Of a stretch of 64,000 nucleotides of DNA, positions 26,592 through 41,975 are shown in pieces. The first letter of the stretch is position 1. Every line of letters begins with the position of its first letter. The translations under genes were made by a program, and so were the position numbers. Origin of the DNA: Eledone cirrhosa (lineage: Eukaryota). The notes under the pieces were generated by a model. It was not told the origin of the DNA, did no database searches, and was given only the letters and a program-made list of their open reading frames with translations. Where the stretch lies: the NCBI GenBank assembly GCA_964016885.1, contig OZ024742.1:132494001-132558000 (forward strand). Reading direction: 5' to 3'.

Positions 26592-27345
26592 TTTCTGAAT
26601 TTGTTTAGAAAGATTCTTTATCTGAAAACGTGTTTTGAAGCCGATATTCTTATACTTTGGAAGGGTCATGTTGCCAATAAGGAAAACACGCACCAGACGT
26701 TTCACTTCAATTTATTATAATAAATTTATAAATTTAGAAATTTATAAATTTCCGGTTGGTTGGTTAGTTCCACAACCAGATGGTTGTTTATATATTGTCA
26801 AAGTTCTTTCGTCACGCATTTTGTGACCTCTTCAGTGACTGGGGGTTCTTTTCTTTGTTTTTTGTGCCTCTCCTTTGTTCTGTCCTACGCCATCTTGTTT
26901 CTGTGTGTGTGTTGTGTGCTTAGTTTGCGCATGTTTTACATCCGGGTGTCTGTGTGTGTTTATATTCGTTTATTTATTTGTTTATTTACATGTTACTGGT
27001 TGGTTGTTTGTTCTATGTGCGTGTGTGTTGTCATTTTGTCCTTAATTGTATGTATTGATGTTGCTGTTCCACTCATGTTTTCTATTAAATTTTGGTTGTA
27101 ATTCATTTATGTTTATTGCTTCTGTGATTTGTCTAAACATTGCGTCTTTTCTGTCTGTAGATTCTGTTTTTATTTCTATGTTCTCTAATTTAACATTATG
27201 TTCTATTTTAGCATGTTGGTAGAGTACAGATGATTCTTTACTATCTTGAAGGTCTCGCCAGAAGGAACGGATCGAACGGATAAACGAACACTGGCGAGAA
27301 AGCAACTGGTGCGTGTGTTTCTTATTGGCAACATGACCCTCCCTA
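26590..27345 (-). mobile_element. Family K PLE 3' end (GIY-YIG C-terminus plus pLTR) with short inverted end
   Basis: ORF 27042-27305 [11 protein letters not shown]...[23 protein letters not shown]; HHR at 26797-26839. Confidence 0.85.
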
Positions 27346-27350
27346 AGTAT

Positions 27351-27447
<97 letters not shown>

Positions 27448-27470
27448 CATATACGTATATATATACATAA

Positions 27471-27561
<91 letters not shown>

Positions 27562-27569
27562 TATATAGT

Positions 27570-29120
27570 TATACTTGGGGAGGGTCATATTTGTGTAATA
27601 TTGCCAGATTAATAACAGAACACACTCACTGTTCGGTTGCTTTTCGCTTTTCGCTTCTGTGTCTTTTATATCGGTTAATTTTATTCGGTCCTCAATGTTG
27701 CCATTGACTGACCAACGGTCAAAAATACAGATACAATATAGACACAAACACATATATATAGTCTATCAAAGTTCTTTCGTTGCACATCTGCAACATCGTC
27801 AGTGGTGCTATTGTTTCCTCCCGTTGCATCGTATGTCTACGCCATCTTTATTTAGTCTGTTTATATACTTATTTATTTGTTTATTTTGTTGTCTTCTTTG
27901 CGCATGCGTTGTGCGTGTGTGTATAGTGTTCTGTTTGATGTGTGTTCGTGTTTGCGTGACTGTGTATTGGTTAATGTATTCTATCTTTACTAGTGTGTGT
28001 TTATATGTGTTTGTTGTTGTTGTGCTTGTGTATGTATTTATTTATTTATCTATTTATTTATTTATTTATTTATTTATACTTCTCTTAGGTCAGTGTTGTT
28101 TGTTTGGGTGTTGTTGTTATTCCATTCATTATTTATGTTTAGCCTTGGCCTTCTAAGTTCTATTTCACTGGCCTCTCTGATTTGCCTGTCTGCTGGGTCA
28201 TTTCTATGTTTAGATATTATTCTAATTTCTATGTTGTCTATGATACCGTCGTGTTGTTGTCTGGCATGTTCCTATAGTACTGAACCGTTTTTTCGTCCTT
28301 TTATCCCAATGTTGGTCTATCCTTTCAATTATGTTACGAACTATCTCGCCTATGTATGTTGTTGTCATGTTTCTGCAAGTACCCTCTGTACATCTTATGC
28401 TATAGACTACGTTTCTAGTTTTACAGTTTATCCGGGGGTTTACGTTACATATGATACATTTCCTGTTAGTACAGTGGGTTTTCTTAAAAGGGTAGGTTTT
28501 GCTGATCAGGGATTGTATGGTGGTTCAGGCTTTTCTACCACCTTAATCTTTAAGTGGGTCTTTCTCAGGGCCTTTCTACACTGGTTAGCTAATTTCCCTC
28601 CAGGGGTAGCGTCCACAAACATGAGACTCTGGTATCTTTGGTTGTCGTACCATGAGGTGGCTTTGCCTATCTTATGTCTAGCCTAATCTAAGCTTTCCAT
28701 GATTTGCTCTTGTATAATGGACAAATTTCTTTCATGTCCAGTCCTATGAGGGTCTTATACTTCTCCGTGGATCCTTCGTATAATCTGATTCTATCTCTTT
28801 GGTTGTAGCCAGAGAACTGCATGCGCTTGATGAAGTGTTGGATGTGTATTTCCATTTATGTTGGGTCGAACATGCGGGACACATTCTTCATGACTCGTAC
28901 CATGTCTGCGATTAGAATACTACTGGACATTGTTGAGTTTTTGAATATCAGCTATATGGAGGCTATGTGTTTAGCATAGTGTGAGTGGAGAATTTGTGCT
29001 GTTATTAATTCTGGCAATATTACACAAATATGACCCACCCCAAGTATAACAATATTTGTTTCGACACCCGATTTCATATAAAACACCTCGCAAAACTAAT
29101 TCATCGCCGTCATATATATA
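27570..29120 (-). mobile_element. PLE family L (sister of K): RT-thumb and GIY-YIG remnant with pLTR HHR
   Basis: Minus-strand RMQFSGY, FVDATPGG, KIKVVEK, CKTRNVVYSIRC, YIGE, RQIREA..NEWN; HHR at 27764-27806; inverted tail 29005-29120. Confidence 0.8.
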
Positions 29121-29134
29121 TATATATATATATT

Positions 29135-29432
<298 letters not shown>

Positions 29433-29444
29433 CATATATATATG

Positions 29445-29562
<118 letters not shown>

Positions 29563-29574
29563 ATATATATATAC

Positions 29575-29616
<42 letters not shown>

Positions 29617-30377
29617 CCCACTCTCCAGCGTGAACCTAATACTGAACTCTTCGTTATTGTTTTTGTTTTCTGTTTTAACTATATATATGTGTGTGTGTAT
29701 ATATATATAAATATATGTGTGTATATATGCGTGTGTCTATATATGTATATATATATGTGTGTGCGTGTGTATGTATGTAAGTATGTCTGTATATATATGT
29801 CTGTGTGTGTAAGTAACCCATAAAGATTATTTGCACGCATTTAGACTAAATATTTGTCAGATGTCAGTAACCTTATTCTAAATATTAAACAGCCACATTT
29901 CCATTCCCCCCTCCGCGGTATATTGTACAGTCAAAATACTAATCAAATCTATCACATGATCGTCAAACCCTCTCTTTAACTATAAATACGTGAGACCTCT
30001 CCCATTGTAGCATGATCCGTTCTTCGTCTATCTTTTGACTGTCACCCTTTATTGTACTTTCAATCCTTCTTTCCATCCCAACCCCAAACCACCTACTTCT
30101 CCGTTTCCTCGCCTAAAGCGAATCTTTGTTATTCATACCCCTCCCTCTCCGAACTCTGCTCTTTTCAGATGAACAATTTATGTCCGATACGTTTAGACAT
30201 ATATTTCCCTATTTTCTGTTTTTACTATACCTCCATTCCCAAGCGTGAATCTAATAAGATTGTGGGATTTTACTTTTTGTGATTGACTTGTATATTCTCT
30301 CTCTTTCTCTCTCTCCCTTGCTCTCTCTCTTTATATATATATATCAACATACAAATACACACACGCACATACATACG

Positions 30378-30409
<32 letters not shown>

Positions 30410-30413
<4 letters not shown>

Positions 30414-30722
30414 ATATATAAGATCAAAAAATGGTTAAAAGTGTTCCATGTATTTTATTATGCGCATTTCAAAAACAAATATCAACATGCAATAACAAGT
30501 GTTTTTTAACCTTCATATCATGTCTTCCTATTTTATCTGATGAAAACACAAATGTTATTGCATGATGATATTTGTTTTTGAAATGCGCATAATAAAATAC
30601 ATGGAACTCTTTTAACCATCTTTTGATCTTATATATTATGTATACTCCAGTCCTACAAACTGTAGAGTGCTTCTTATCCGATATCAGCATTGCTTTATTG
30701 TACTACAATAAAACTCACCTCC

Positions 30723-30723
<1 letters not shown>
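30410..30723 (+). mobile_element. Fold-back HHR mini-element
   Basis: Inverted arms ~30410-30506 and ~30543-30639; HHR 30529-30599 tattttat-CTGATGA...GAA-ATGCGCAT-A-ataaaata. Confidence 0.88.
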
Positions 30724-30765
<42 letters not shown>

Positions 30766-31211
30766 ACAGACAAACATCAATATATGTGTGTGTATGTGTG
30801 CGAGTGTATATGTACGTGCGCGTTTGTGGCAGTGTATGACTGTGTGTGACTGTGTGTGACTGTGTGTATACATGTATGAATTTTGTGTAAAAATTTGTAG
30901 TAGTCATATGTGAATGACGGATAGGCAATTAGTTTTGAGAGTTGAAAGAGAAGAACATAAAACATAAAAAGAGAAAATCCGACAAAATATATATAAAATT
31001 GATTTCAGAAAATGGACGTATATTCTTTTTGCTAATTCTTAATATATATTTACATTTTCGAATCTAATTTTCACAGAACTAAGTCTGTCTGTATGTCGCT
31101 CTGTACTTTCCTCTTCCTAGCCCTCGGTATCAACGCGCGTACACACGCACACACACACACAGAAGTGTATATGTAGCATTCAATATTCATATGTGTGTGT
31201 ATATATACACT

Positions 31212-31260
<49 letters not shown>

Positions 31261-31861
31261 TGTATCTGTGACATTCCTTGTTTGTGTGTGCTTGTGTGTC
31301 TATGTTTGTGTGGATGTATATTTGCAACTTAATATAAAATGTAGACTAAACGAGCAAAAAATATCTAAACGTATATTTATTAAATCATTTTTTTTTTTTT
31401 TCAAGGAGACAATTGTTTTCTGGAATCTGGATAGAATCTGAGATACGCAACACAAAATTTCTTCAATTAGAAAGAAAATCATTGAAATTCGCATTTAAAA
31501 ATATTTTACATATATTCAAGCTCTCGAGTCTACGTTTTCCTGAAAATAATCGGAATTTAAATATCCTATATATATCCTTTAAATAAAGTACTGGATGCAA
31601 TCATTTGACTACGGGTATACTGGGGCAGAGTACTGGAGGTAAACATAGGCACAAACAGCGACGGCTACAAACACGCACGCACACAAAGACCTATATACAA
31701 TCAACATACACACAAAGTTACGCACATGTACATACGCACAGGTACACATATATATGTGTTTGTGTAAAACAGGCAACTGCCTTATCTGTCATATATATAT
31801 AGAGGGAGAAGAATGAATAAATGCGAAGTGGATTCAGATGTTAAAGTCCTTTATGGATAAT

Positions 31862-31936
31862 GCTGTGGTACATGTTTTAATGACGACAGTGGCAAGACGA
31901 TTCCGTGTACCCAGTGCCAGGACATCATCAGACAGC
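31862..31936 (-). ncRNA. Degenerate hammerhead (GAAA changed to TAAA)
   Basis: minus gctgt-CTGATGA...TAAAacatgtacc-acagc in a TA-flanked cassette 31802-32038. Confidence 0.45.
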
Positions 31937-32042
31937 TTTTTATACAATTAGCTTACTTTCCCAAGGTAATCCAAACAAAAACGACAAAGGAACGGACAAG
32001 GCGCATGTTTTTTAATGCCTCGGCCTTTCCACCGTCATATGT

Positions 32043-32083
<41 letters not shown>

Positions 32084-32352
32084 TATTAAAATAACAGATT
32101 AAAGTTGAAGTAAAGAATCGCTGCTTTCACCCATAACGGATCTTCTGAAACTAAAAAAATCAATATGTGAACGCAGAAGTAAATATTAAAAAAAAACGTT
32201 GCAACTGGGGGAAGAGAGGAAGACGATACTTTAGTTCATGGTAACGTTCCCTGGCAAAGAACGGGAAAAAACGAAGATAAACGTCATTATTTGGAGCGGT
32301 GAAAAACAATTACACGCAAAGACAAAACCACGTTTTTGGTATAAAAGAAGTC

Positions 32353-33855
32353 GTATTAGATAGAATTATACCTGAAATTAGAAGTTTGGCTCCTCTTGCA
32401 CTGTGGAACAATTCTTTCGCGGTGATTGATTGATTCAACGCCATGTGCAACAAGGAACATTGCCGTTTTATCCAATTCGACATCAATAATTACTACTCCT
32501 CCATCGCTTTACCACTTCTCCTTAGAGCTATCAATTTCGCTAAAACACTCACAGTGGTTAAGGATTTCGAAGTTGATGTCATCGTCATTGCCCGTAAGTC
32601 GGTGATTAATTTCGACAACTATATTTGGATTAAAACATCTAATAGTACCCCATTCGACGCGAGTATGGGCGCCAGCGATTCTGCGGAGGTTACTGATCTA
32701 TCGGCCTTTTCCTTCTTTTCTCTATCAAGGAAGAATTCCCCAACGTGGACAGTGGTTTGTACCGTGATGATGGTCTTTTGACCATGACAAAGTGCGGCCC
32801 ACGTGCTTGCGACAGGTACAGAAAAGAACTCACAGCCTTCTTTACAGGCTTCAACCTCTCCATACAGGTTGAGACCAACCTCTCGGTCGTTAATTACCTC
32901 GAAGCTACCCTCAATTTGTCGAATGGCTTGCACTACCCGTATAGAAAGACGAAAGATAAGCTTAATTACATAAGTAAGCATTCTAACCATCCTGCCAGCA
33001 TAAACTAGAACTTGGTAAGAAACGTTTCTTTGAGACTTTCCCGTCTACCTAATAACGAGCATATTTTCAACGACCATTCCACATATTACAATGAAGCTCT
33101 GGCTCGGAGTGGATTTGTCGTTAAGGTAGCATATACAGTGTACGAGAATAGACCTAAAAAAATAGGTCCCGACGCATTATATGGTATAACCCACCATATA
33201 ATATGATGGAGGTGGCCAGATCATTAGCTAAGATCTTTCTATCCCTTATTATGAAGAATTTTCCACCAACACATAAATATAGTAACATTTTTATAGAAAT
33301 ACAATTAAAATGTCTTACTCTATGACTCCTAACCTTGCACATAACATCACAGCTTTAAATTTAGCTAAACTACCGAGCCGTAGGAACACGTGCAACCCTG
33401 TAGCTAGTACTAACTGTAATTGTAGGAATCGGGTTGACTGCCTCCTATTCGGAAAATGCCTCTCTAGTAACATTGTCTACAAATATAAGGTTGAAACACC
33501 CACGTTCCGTAGGGCCTACATAGGGTTAACCACCAATAGATTCAAAGGGCGTCTTTACATGCATGCCCATTCTTTTCTTAACCCTTTATGAAGGAATATG
33601 ACGTCACTTTCAGCTTATATCTGGAGTCTAAAAGACAACCACACCCAAGATAAGTTACACTGGGAGATCCTAGCTAGGGCTAGATCGTATAACCGAAATA
33701 AAAGACAATGTGACCTCTGCGCCGTTGAGGCCCTGGAAATACTCTACGCCAAAGATCACATCTTAAACAAAAAATCTGAGGCAATTTCTGCTTGTAAACA
33801 TAAATTGCACAAAACGTTCCTGTGTTACAGCCCCACATTATACCCTAACGGATAG
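32353..33855 (+). pseudogene. PLE RT-CxC-GIY-YIG (frameshifted)
   Basis: FIQFDI, MGASDSAEV, GLYRDDGL, YRK..SNHP, CNCRNRVDC, VYKY..YIGLT..FKGR, CDLC. Confidence 0.92.
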
Positions 33856-34885
33856 TACTAACTATACGCGGATATTTTACGTCTTGATGTGGTAGCTAAG
33901 TATATGTTATGTTTATACTATTACTTATTTGTATAGGTAAGTATATATTACCTGTATGTTTTGTGAAGATACGTATACTTTCTCGTTCGTATATTTGATT
34001 GTATATGTTATGGCGTATATATTATATATTCTGGTACATATGCATTTGTTTATCTGCATACGCGAATTTTGCGTTTGTGTGAGTATGCGGGTTCGTACGT
34101 ATGTTGGGTGTGTGTATATGTGTACTTTGTGTTTTGGTTGACGTGCGTCTCCGAACACATGTGTATTTACATGTATGTATGTGTGTGTGCACGTTATATA
34201 CGTATTTATTTATTTATATACGTTTATTTATTATATGTATACACGCATACACACACATATACATTTTTTTTTTTTAATATGTATTTGGTGTATACATTCG
34301 TATGTGTGCGGGCACAGGCGTTGCGTGGGTTCTGTATGTGCGTGCGGGTTTTTTTAATTTTTTTTTATTTTCGTGTACGTGCTTGTATTTGTATACCTAT
34401 GGCCAGTGTTTTCGCCTATGCTTGTGTATGTACGTATTTGGATGCGTGTATGTATTTATTTAATTTCTATTACCTCTGTATTTTATTTACTTTATTCTTA
34501 ACTCTGAAGCCGAGAATCATTCAGTTTCCTAGTTAGAATTTTAGTCTACAACTTCAGTTATACCATTTAGGTGGTTTTGTCTTTGCGTGCAGTTGTTCTC
34601 TCTGTTCCACATAATGACGTATTATTTCCGTCATTGCCAGAGAACGTCTCCATGAACCACCTAAGAGAATATTAGTCTAAGACTTCTTTTATACCATAAA
34701 CGTAGTTTTGTCTTTGCGTATAATTGTTTTTCATCGCTCCAAATAATGACGTATTATCTTCGTTTTTTTCCCGTTCTTTACCAGGGAACGTTTCCACGAA
34801 CCAAAGTATCATCTTCCTGTCTTCTTCCGTTTGCAACGCTTTTTGAAATATTTACTTGAAATATTTACCACAGATTGACTTTTTT

Positions 34886-34936
34886 AGTTTCAGAAGATCC
34901 GGTTAAGGGTGAAAGCAGTGATTGTTTGCTTAAACT
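34886..34936 (+). ncRNA. Hammerhead with CAGAAGA (U4A) core
   Basis: agttt-CAGAAGA-tcc..gggt-GAA-AGCAG..TTGCT-T-aaact; same core at ~32145(-) and 62064. Confidence 0.65.
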
Positions 34937-35043
34937 TTAATCTGTTATTTTAATAAATATTTGCTCTACGGTTCTTATATATTTGATATTAATTTATACT
35001 TATCGAGCCCTCTTTGGATTTTAGTCTTCAAATTTATTATTAT

Positions 35044-35092
<49 letters not shown>

Positions 35093-35421
35093 CATAATAT
35101 ATAATATATACAGAGAGAAAGAGAGAGAGAGAATCAAAAGATTTAAAGCTGTAAATCTTACTATAGAAATTAATCTAATAATAGGGCATATAAGACCCCC
35201 CCCCCACACCCCACTCCCCGATTGTAGAAACCTGTTTTCCAAACGGACAAGAGTGATACCTTTTGACGCCACCATTTTAATCTCTTTTTGCAGTCAACAT
35301 TATAGCGAAGTCTTTTTATTATATTTTCAAATTCCAGTTGCCGCCTTCTAATTATAGACACACACACAAGCCGGCACACACGCATACATACATTCACACA
35401 TCCACACACATACACATCTGT

Positions 35422-35488
<67 letters not shown>

Positions 35489-35773
35489 TATATATATATA
35501 TATATAGATAGATTGATATAGATTCAGCTTGTATTGAAGTAAAACATGAATGGGTTTATAACAACAACCAGAAAATATATATATATATATGTAATAAAAA
35601 TGAATGCAAATATGCTTGACTCATCGATTATCATTCATCTTCTCCCATCCCTCAATCTGGCCATTACTGTATTTCATTTAACATATATTTAAATCAATTA
35701 CAATATGTTTTCCATATTCTGTTTAATCATTATAAAAAAATATCCCCTAAACTAAGATAAATGTGTTTATAAA

Positions 35774-35890
<117 letters not shown>

Positions 35891-37479
35891 TCTCTCCCGC
35901 TCTCACTCACTCACACACACACTCTATTTCTCTCTTTGCATGTATATATATATGGACTTTCAAATTAATTCTTGGTTTTAATCTTCTTTATGTTCTTATC
36001 CGAAGATGGATAGATTGGCTAATATAAATTGATACGTAGAAGCTATTTAGAAACATTGTTAGATAGATAGATTGTTAGACGGAGAGACAGTTAGGTAATA
36101 TATTGACATATAAACAGACAAGCATATATACAGAGAGAACAGACAAATAGTCAGACAGACGTACAAATAGACTGACAGGTACACCGATAGATTGATAGAC
36201 AGACAAACAAATGAACAATTAGATGTATCTTTATTATCCCACTTTTCTTTCTATGTGTACAATTGCACACACACACACCAACGCATGCACACAAGTATGT
36301 TTCGGCAAGTGGCTACAGAATGCTTCTGACAATTGTAAGGTTATGATATCTTTTCTACACTGTATGTAAGTGAGGGAGGTAAGAAAGAGGAATATATAAA
36401 AGAATATACATTTTCAAATTACCCCTTATACAACAAATAAATCACAATGTGTCTATCATGTGATGTTACGTTTTAATATGAAATATAACACATTTGTCTG
36501 GATTAACTAAGACGTAGTCATACACAAGGGTTGAACCGAACCGATCGAATTTTCATAGCCCAGTACATATGTGTGTCAATGTATAGAATTATTTATTATA
36601 AAATTGATTTCAGTCTGACATTCCCAGTGTAGAAACGAAAGGCGTGATGTCAGTAACGGTGTCAGTATTGAATATTGATTATATCGAATGGATGTAAAAG
36701 TATGCAGCATTGTTGCGTATGTATGCTGATTTCACGAGGGAAAATAATAGTTAAAAATATTTGGAAAAAAACAAATGTTGTAAGATAAAATTTGTCTTTC
36801 AATATTAACGTATATAAAGGAAATACATACACAATATACAAGGCGGGTTCATACCCACCTACCTATATGCACACCTACTTACCTATATACAGAAACAGAG
36901 ACTCGCAGACAGGGTGACCTATAAAACACCCACACACTTGTCTATAATCATATCTATACATAGAGACGTTATACTTACATATACCGTTGCACATTTTTCC
37001 TTCTCAGGGATGATCGACTCTGATATTATCAAACTATTTTCTGTAATAAGAAATATGGGGAAATTCACTATTCCAATAGCGTGTGCGCGAATACATACAC
37101 AAACACACACACACAAACACAAACACACACATACACACATACATACGCAGATGATGGCTGCCTCCTCGTTATCGAGTATGGCCATTGCACGATTTACCAT
37201 TATTAATAATTATTAATTAATTTTATGCTGCTATACTTGTGCATGAAGATATTTTTTAAAGTGAAGAAAGACAATGCACTGAGCCAATTCCACTCTCTGA
37301 GCGACAGTAGCTATAACCCGAAAAGAAAAAAAAAACATCATCGGTAACTACTGAGCGACAAGTTATATATCGGAGTTAACCCAGTTTCCTGAGTTACATG
37401 TTACTAGTAGCAGTCAAGAGTAACCCGATATAGACATACATACACAGATACATATAGACATACATACATATATATATAC

Positions 37480-37623
37480 ATGTACGTCAATACTCATCTT
37501 TTTCCATTTATCTGGGGGTTCTAAACCCCATTATCAGGCTAAAATTCCTTTAGTCAAAATTACGGTGAAAGCTATTTTATTTTCTAATTTCAAACCTGCT
37601 CACTGTTTCAAAACATACTTACT

Positions 37624-37628
<5 letters not shown>
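37480..37628 (+). repeat. Dispersed TA-flanked repeat (inverted copy at 62152-62300)
   Basis: ~150-bp match on the opposite strand. Confidence 0.75.
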
Positions 37629-37692
<64 letters not shown>

Positions 37693-37711
37693 TATATATA
37701 TATATATATAT

Positions 37712-37756
<45 letters not shown>

Positions 37757-37760
37757 AATA

Positions 37761-37858
<98 letters not shown>

Positions 37859-37914
37859 CAAATATATATATATATATGTATATATATATGTATATATATA
37901 TACAAATATATGTG

Positions 37915-38385
37915 TATCAAATTAACACCATTGAACAACCTTGAATCATAGACAACCTATGTATTTGTAGGGGTACCTAGTATCCCTGGACATATTAACT
38001 TCTACCTTTTTCTCCGTCCGTTGATAACAACCCTGTTGCTCTACTTGGCTGCTATTTTTTTAGTAGTAATTGTAAACAGCAAGTCTTTGATTTTCCCGCT
38101 TTTACTTCGGTCCAGTTTACATACGGGTCAATTTTGCGACCTTTCAGACCTTTATTAGCTGGCAGGAGGTTGTATATTTTGTCGTTCCTGGGACGTTTAG
38201 CCCTAGGAAGGGAAAATGCTTCTCTGATGAGCTCTGGTTTTCCATCATAAATCCATCGGATTTATGAGGTTTTACAAACCGAAACTGATCAGTAAGGGCC
38301 ACTAGAAGAGGTAAATATTTATATTATATTTTTTAATGTATTTTGAAAAATTGATTGAATTTTACTTGTTCTGCTTATCTTAATA
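37915..38385 (+). mobile_element. HHR element family H (related to 51300-51790)
   Basis: HHR 38218-38299 CTGATGA...GAA-ACTGATCAGT-A; shares leader and tail with 51300-51790. Confidence 0.8.
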
Positions 38386-38432
38386 TATATATATATATAT
38401 ATATGTATATACATATATATATATATATATAT

Positions 38433-38468
<36 letters not shown>

Positions 38469-38590
38469 ATACTTGGGGAGGGTCATATTTGTGTAATAAT
38501 ATTGCCAGAATTAATATTACACAAATATAACCCTCCCCAAGTATAACAATATTTGTTTCGTCAAACGATTTCATATCAAAAACCTCGCAA

Positions 38591-38642
<52 letters not shown>

Positions 38643-38689
38643 AATCCCAAATAATCGATATGCTGTGTATATAAATATATACATATATA

Positions 38690-39105
38690 TTCAATGATAT
38701 TAAATATATGGAAACTATATTTATAAAACCATATTTATTCTATTATATATATTTCAAGGGTACCAACATTTTGGTACGCTTTCATCAGATAAAATACGAA
38801 GTGTGTTTTATAAATTTTGACATAACCAAGGAAAATATACCGAACCGTTAACGTATATTTCCTATGGTTATGTCAAAATATATTAAAAAAACAATTCGCA
38901 TTTTATCTGATGATAGCGTATAAAAAATATTGGTACCCTTGAAAGATATATAATCGAATAAATAGGGTTCTATAAATATAGATTACATTTATTTAATATC
39001 TTTGAATATTATACTCCAGAAAACTTGTCGAGTGCTCTGAATCAGTTATAAACATTTATATTTGTTGAATTACCAACAAATTGATTATCTCTTCTGCTTA
39101 TATAT
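38690..39105 (+). mobile_element. Fold-back HHR mini-element
   Basis: ~160-bp inverted arms around ~38855; CTGATGA at 38907(+) and ~38785(-); tail actccag...gagtgct. Confidence 0.8.
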
Positions 39106-39294
39106 ACATATATGTAGCATATTGACTCTTCGGGGTTTCATATATTTATAGCTAGGGAATGTAACGTCCAATTACTGTAATTTCAAGATCGAACCTTGAG
39201 CTGATCATCAGCGAAATTCGTGTCACAACTCAATAACCGTAATTAATACATAATAATGGTCCTTTTTAATATTATTTTTATTATATATATGTCA

Positions 39295-39478
39295 CCCCGT
39301 GAGGTTGAAAGGCAAAGTTAACCTGGGTGGGATTTGAACTCAGACCGGTCCTTTACACTCTGAGTTCAAATCCCGCCGAGGTTAACTTTGCCTTTCATCC
39401 TTACGGGGTCGATAAAATAAAGGACCAGTAATGCACTGGGATAATTGCCGGCCTTTTGCCAAAAGTAGAAACAATTAT
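39295..39478 (+). mobile_element. SINE family A with 5' inversion
   Basis: 39295-39354 is the reverse complement of ~39359-39415. Confidence 0.8.
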
Positions 39479-39542
39479 ATATATATATGTGTGTGTGTGC
39501 GTGTGGGTCTGTATATATGTAAATATATATATGTATATATAC

Positions 39543-39589
<47 letters not shown>

Positions 39590-39595
39590 TATAAA

Positions 39596-39645
<50 letters not shown>

Positions 39646-39651
39646 TATAAA

Positions 39652-39711
<60 letters not shown>

Positions 39712-39713
<2 letters not shown>

Positions 39714-40215
39714 GTTATACTTTGCGAGGGTCATGTTGCCAATAAGAAACGAACACACTAATGGCTTTCGCTCCAATTTTTATAAATTAACAAAAAAAAA
39801 TATTTTATTTTTTCAAAAAATGTATAAATTTCCGGTTGGCTGGTTGGCTCGACAACCGGGCAGTTGTTCATATATTGTCAAAGTTCTTTCGTCCCACATT
39901 CTGTGACCTCTTCAGTAACTGGGGATTCTTTTCTTTGTTTTGTTCCTTCTCCTTTGTTCTGTCCTATGCGATCTTGTTTTTGTGTGTGTTGTGTGCTTAG
40001 TTTGCGCATGTGTTACACCCGGGTGTCTGTGTGTGTTTTTACAACCAACCGGAAACTTATAAATTATTTTTAAATTTATAATAAATTGGAGTGAAAGCAG
40101 TGGTGCGTGTGTTTTTCATTGGCAACATGACTCTCCCAAAGTATAACAATATCGGTTTAAACACGTTTTCCGATAAAGAATCTTGCTAAACAAATTCCGA
40201 AACGATTCAAATGGT
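39712..40215. mobile_element. Family K fold-back copy
   Basis: Matches 26590-26960; HHR at ~39877-39919(-). Confidence 0.85.
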
Positions 40216-40660
40216 GTATTGTATATATATATAAATTAAACAAAGTCACAGATACATATATACGTTTGGCAAACATTCAGGGTGTGGCTCAATGAACAAT
40301 TAATTAAATAATTATTAATCAGAGCAATTTATAAAATTGTAAGTCCAAAGAATCATAGGATAAATTATATACAGTATTTCCCCTCCCATTTTTTTTCTAA
40401 CTTCAATTTCGTACCTAGATCCGTGTAGTTAACTATTTGTCTAGTCAATCTCTACAGGGGAGGAGAAATACTAGGTAAATGTCACATGGTTGTACATCGT
40501 GGAAAGGAATCTGTATCATTTGTCTATTATTCCTTCATAAGTACGTTTTAAACTTATAGCCTCGTTTAAATGATGTTTGTGTGTTTAACTGATTGGGAGA
40601 GGAAATACTGTATATATTTTATCTAATAATTCTTTGGACTTACACACACATATGTATATA

Positions 40661-40694
40661 TAACCCTAACCCTAACCCTAACCCTAACCCTAAC
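40661..40694. repeat. Interstitial (TAACCC)5 telomere-type repeat
   Basis: taaccctaaccc... read directly. Confidence 0.9.
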
Positions 40695-40811
40695 TCAACC
40701 ATATATATATATATATATATGGTTGCCGAACATTGTACGACTAATAATTCGGGCTGTTTGTTTACAAACAAAGCGAGCATTATAATAAAGGTTCGGTAAA
40801 CCCATACGTAC

Positions 40812-40916
<105 letters not shown>

Positions 40917-41054
40917 CATGTATATATATACACACTACTGTACATCTGTATACATATATGTATGTACGTATACATAATAATAGATAAGAATGTGCCGTAC
41001 TAAGAATGATAAATGAAATTTCTATCTTTCCATTCATATATATAGATATACATA

Positions 41055-41147
<93 letters not shown>

Positions 41148-41695
41148 GAATAATCGAGTATCGGAAAATCAGCTCACGAATAGACGATAAACAAATCCGA
41201 TATGAGTGGCAGAGGGCTCAATAATTCAGATAAATCAGAGCTATAACTATCGTTAAAATACCAACACACAAAGATTATGCCTAAAATCACCCATGCAGCC
41301 GAAAAAGAACGACCAGGAAGATTCGAGTCACTCAAATAAAATATCAATAAATCAATAATTTAAATGAATGTAAAAACTTACCCAGACCTGCTAGAAAGGT
41401 GTTAAATCTAGCTTCTTGGGTTTCTGCAATTCCTTAATCCGTTCGCTATCAGCCCACATAAATATATAATAGACTTCTTTATATATTTTATATATATATA
41501 TAAATATATATATTAATAAAATGAATTCCAACTTTGTCTGATTTACTCGTTTTATTTACAATCCTTTAAAATTTATAATGGTATTAGAATGAAATAGTAT
41601 GGCAGAATATGAAATGTTAAGTGTTAATTGAACAAGTACTTTTATGCTTTCGCAATCTTCAGGTTCATAATGTGTGGTGACAGTCAAGTTTGCAA

Positions 41696-41975
<280 letters not shown>

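Larger units (their letters stand above)
32078..35045 (+). mobile_element. 5'-truncated PLE (probably Hydra clade) with inverted 5' pLTR
   Basis: 32078-32354 is the reverse complement of ~34680-34960; solo 3' copy at 61330-62130. Confidence 0.9.

Noticed and set aside
39165-39218. Minus-strand CTGATGA...GAAAttacagtaaT
   Set aside because: Stem III is plausible but stems I and II are weak; not called
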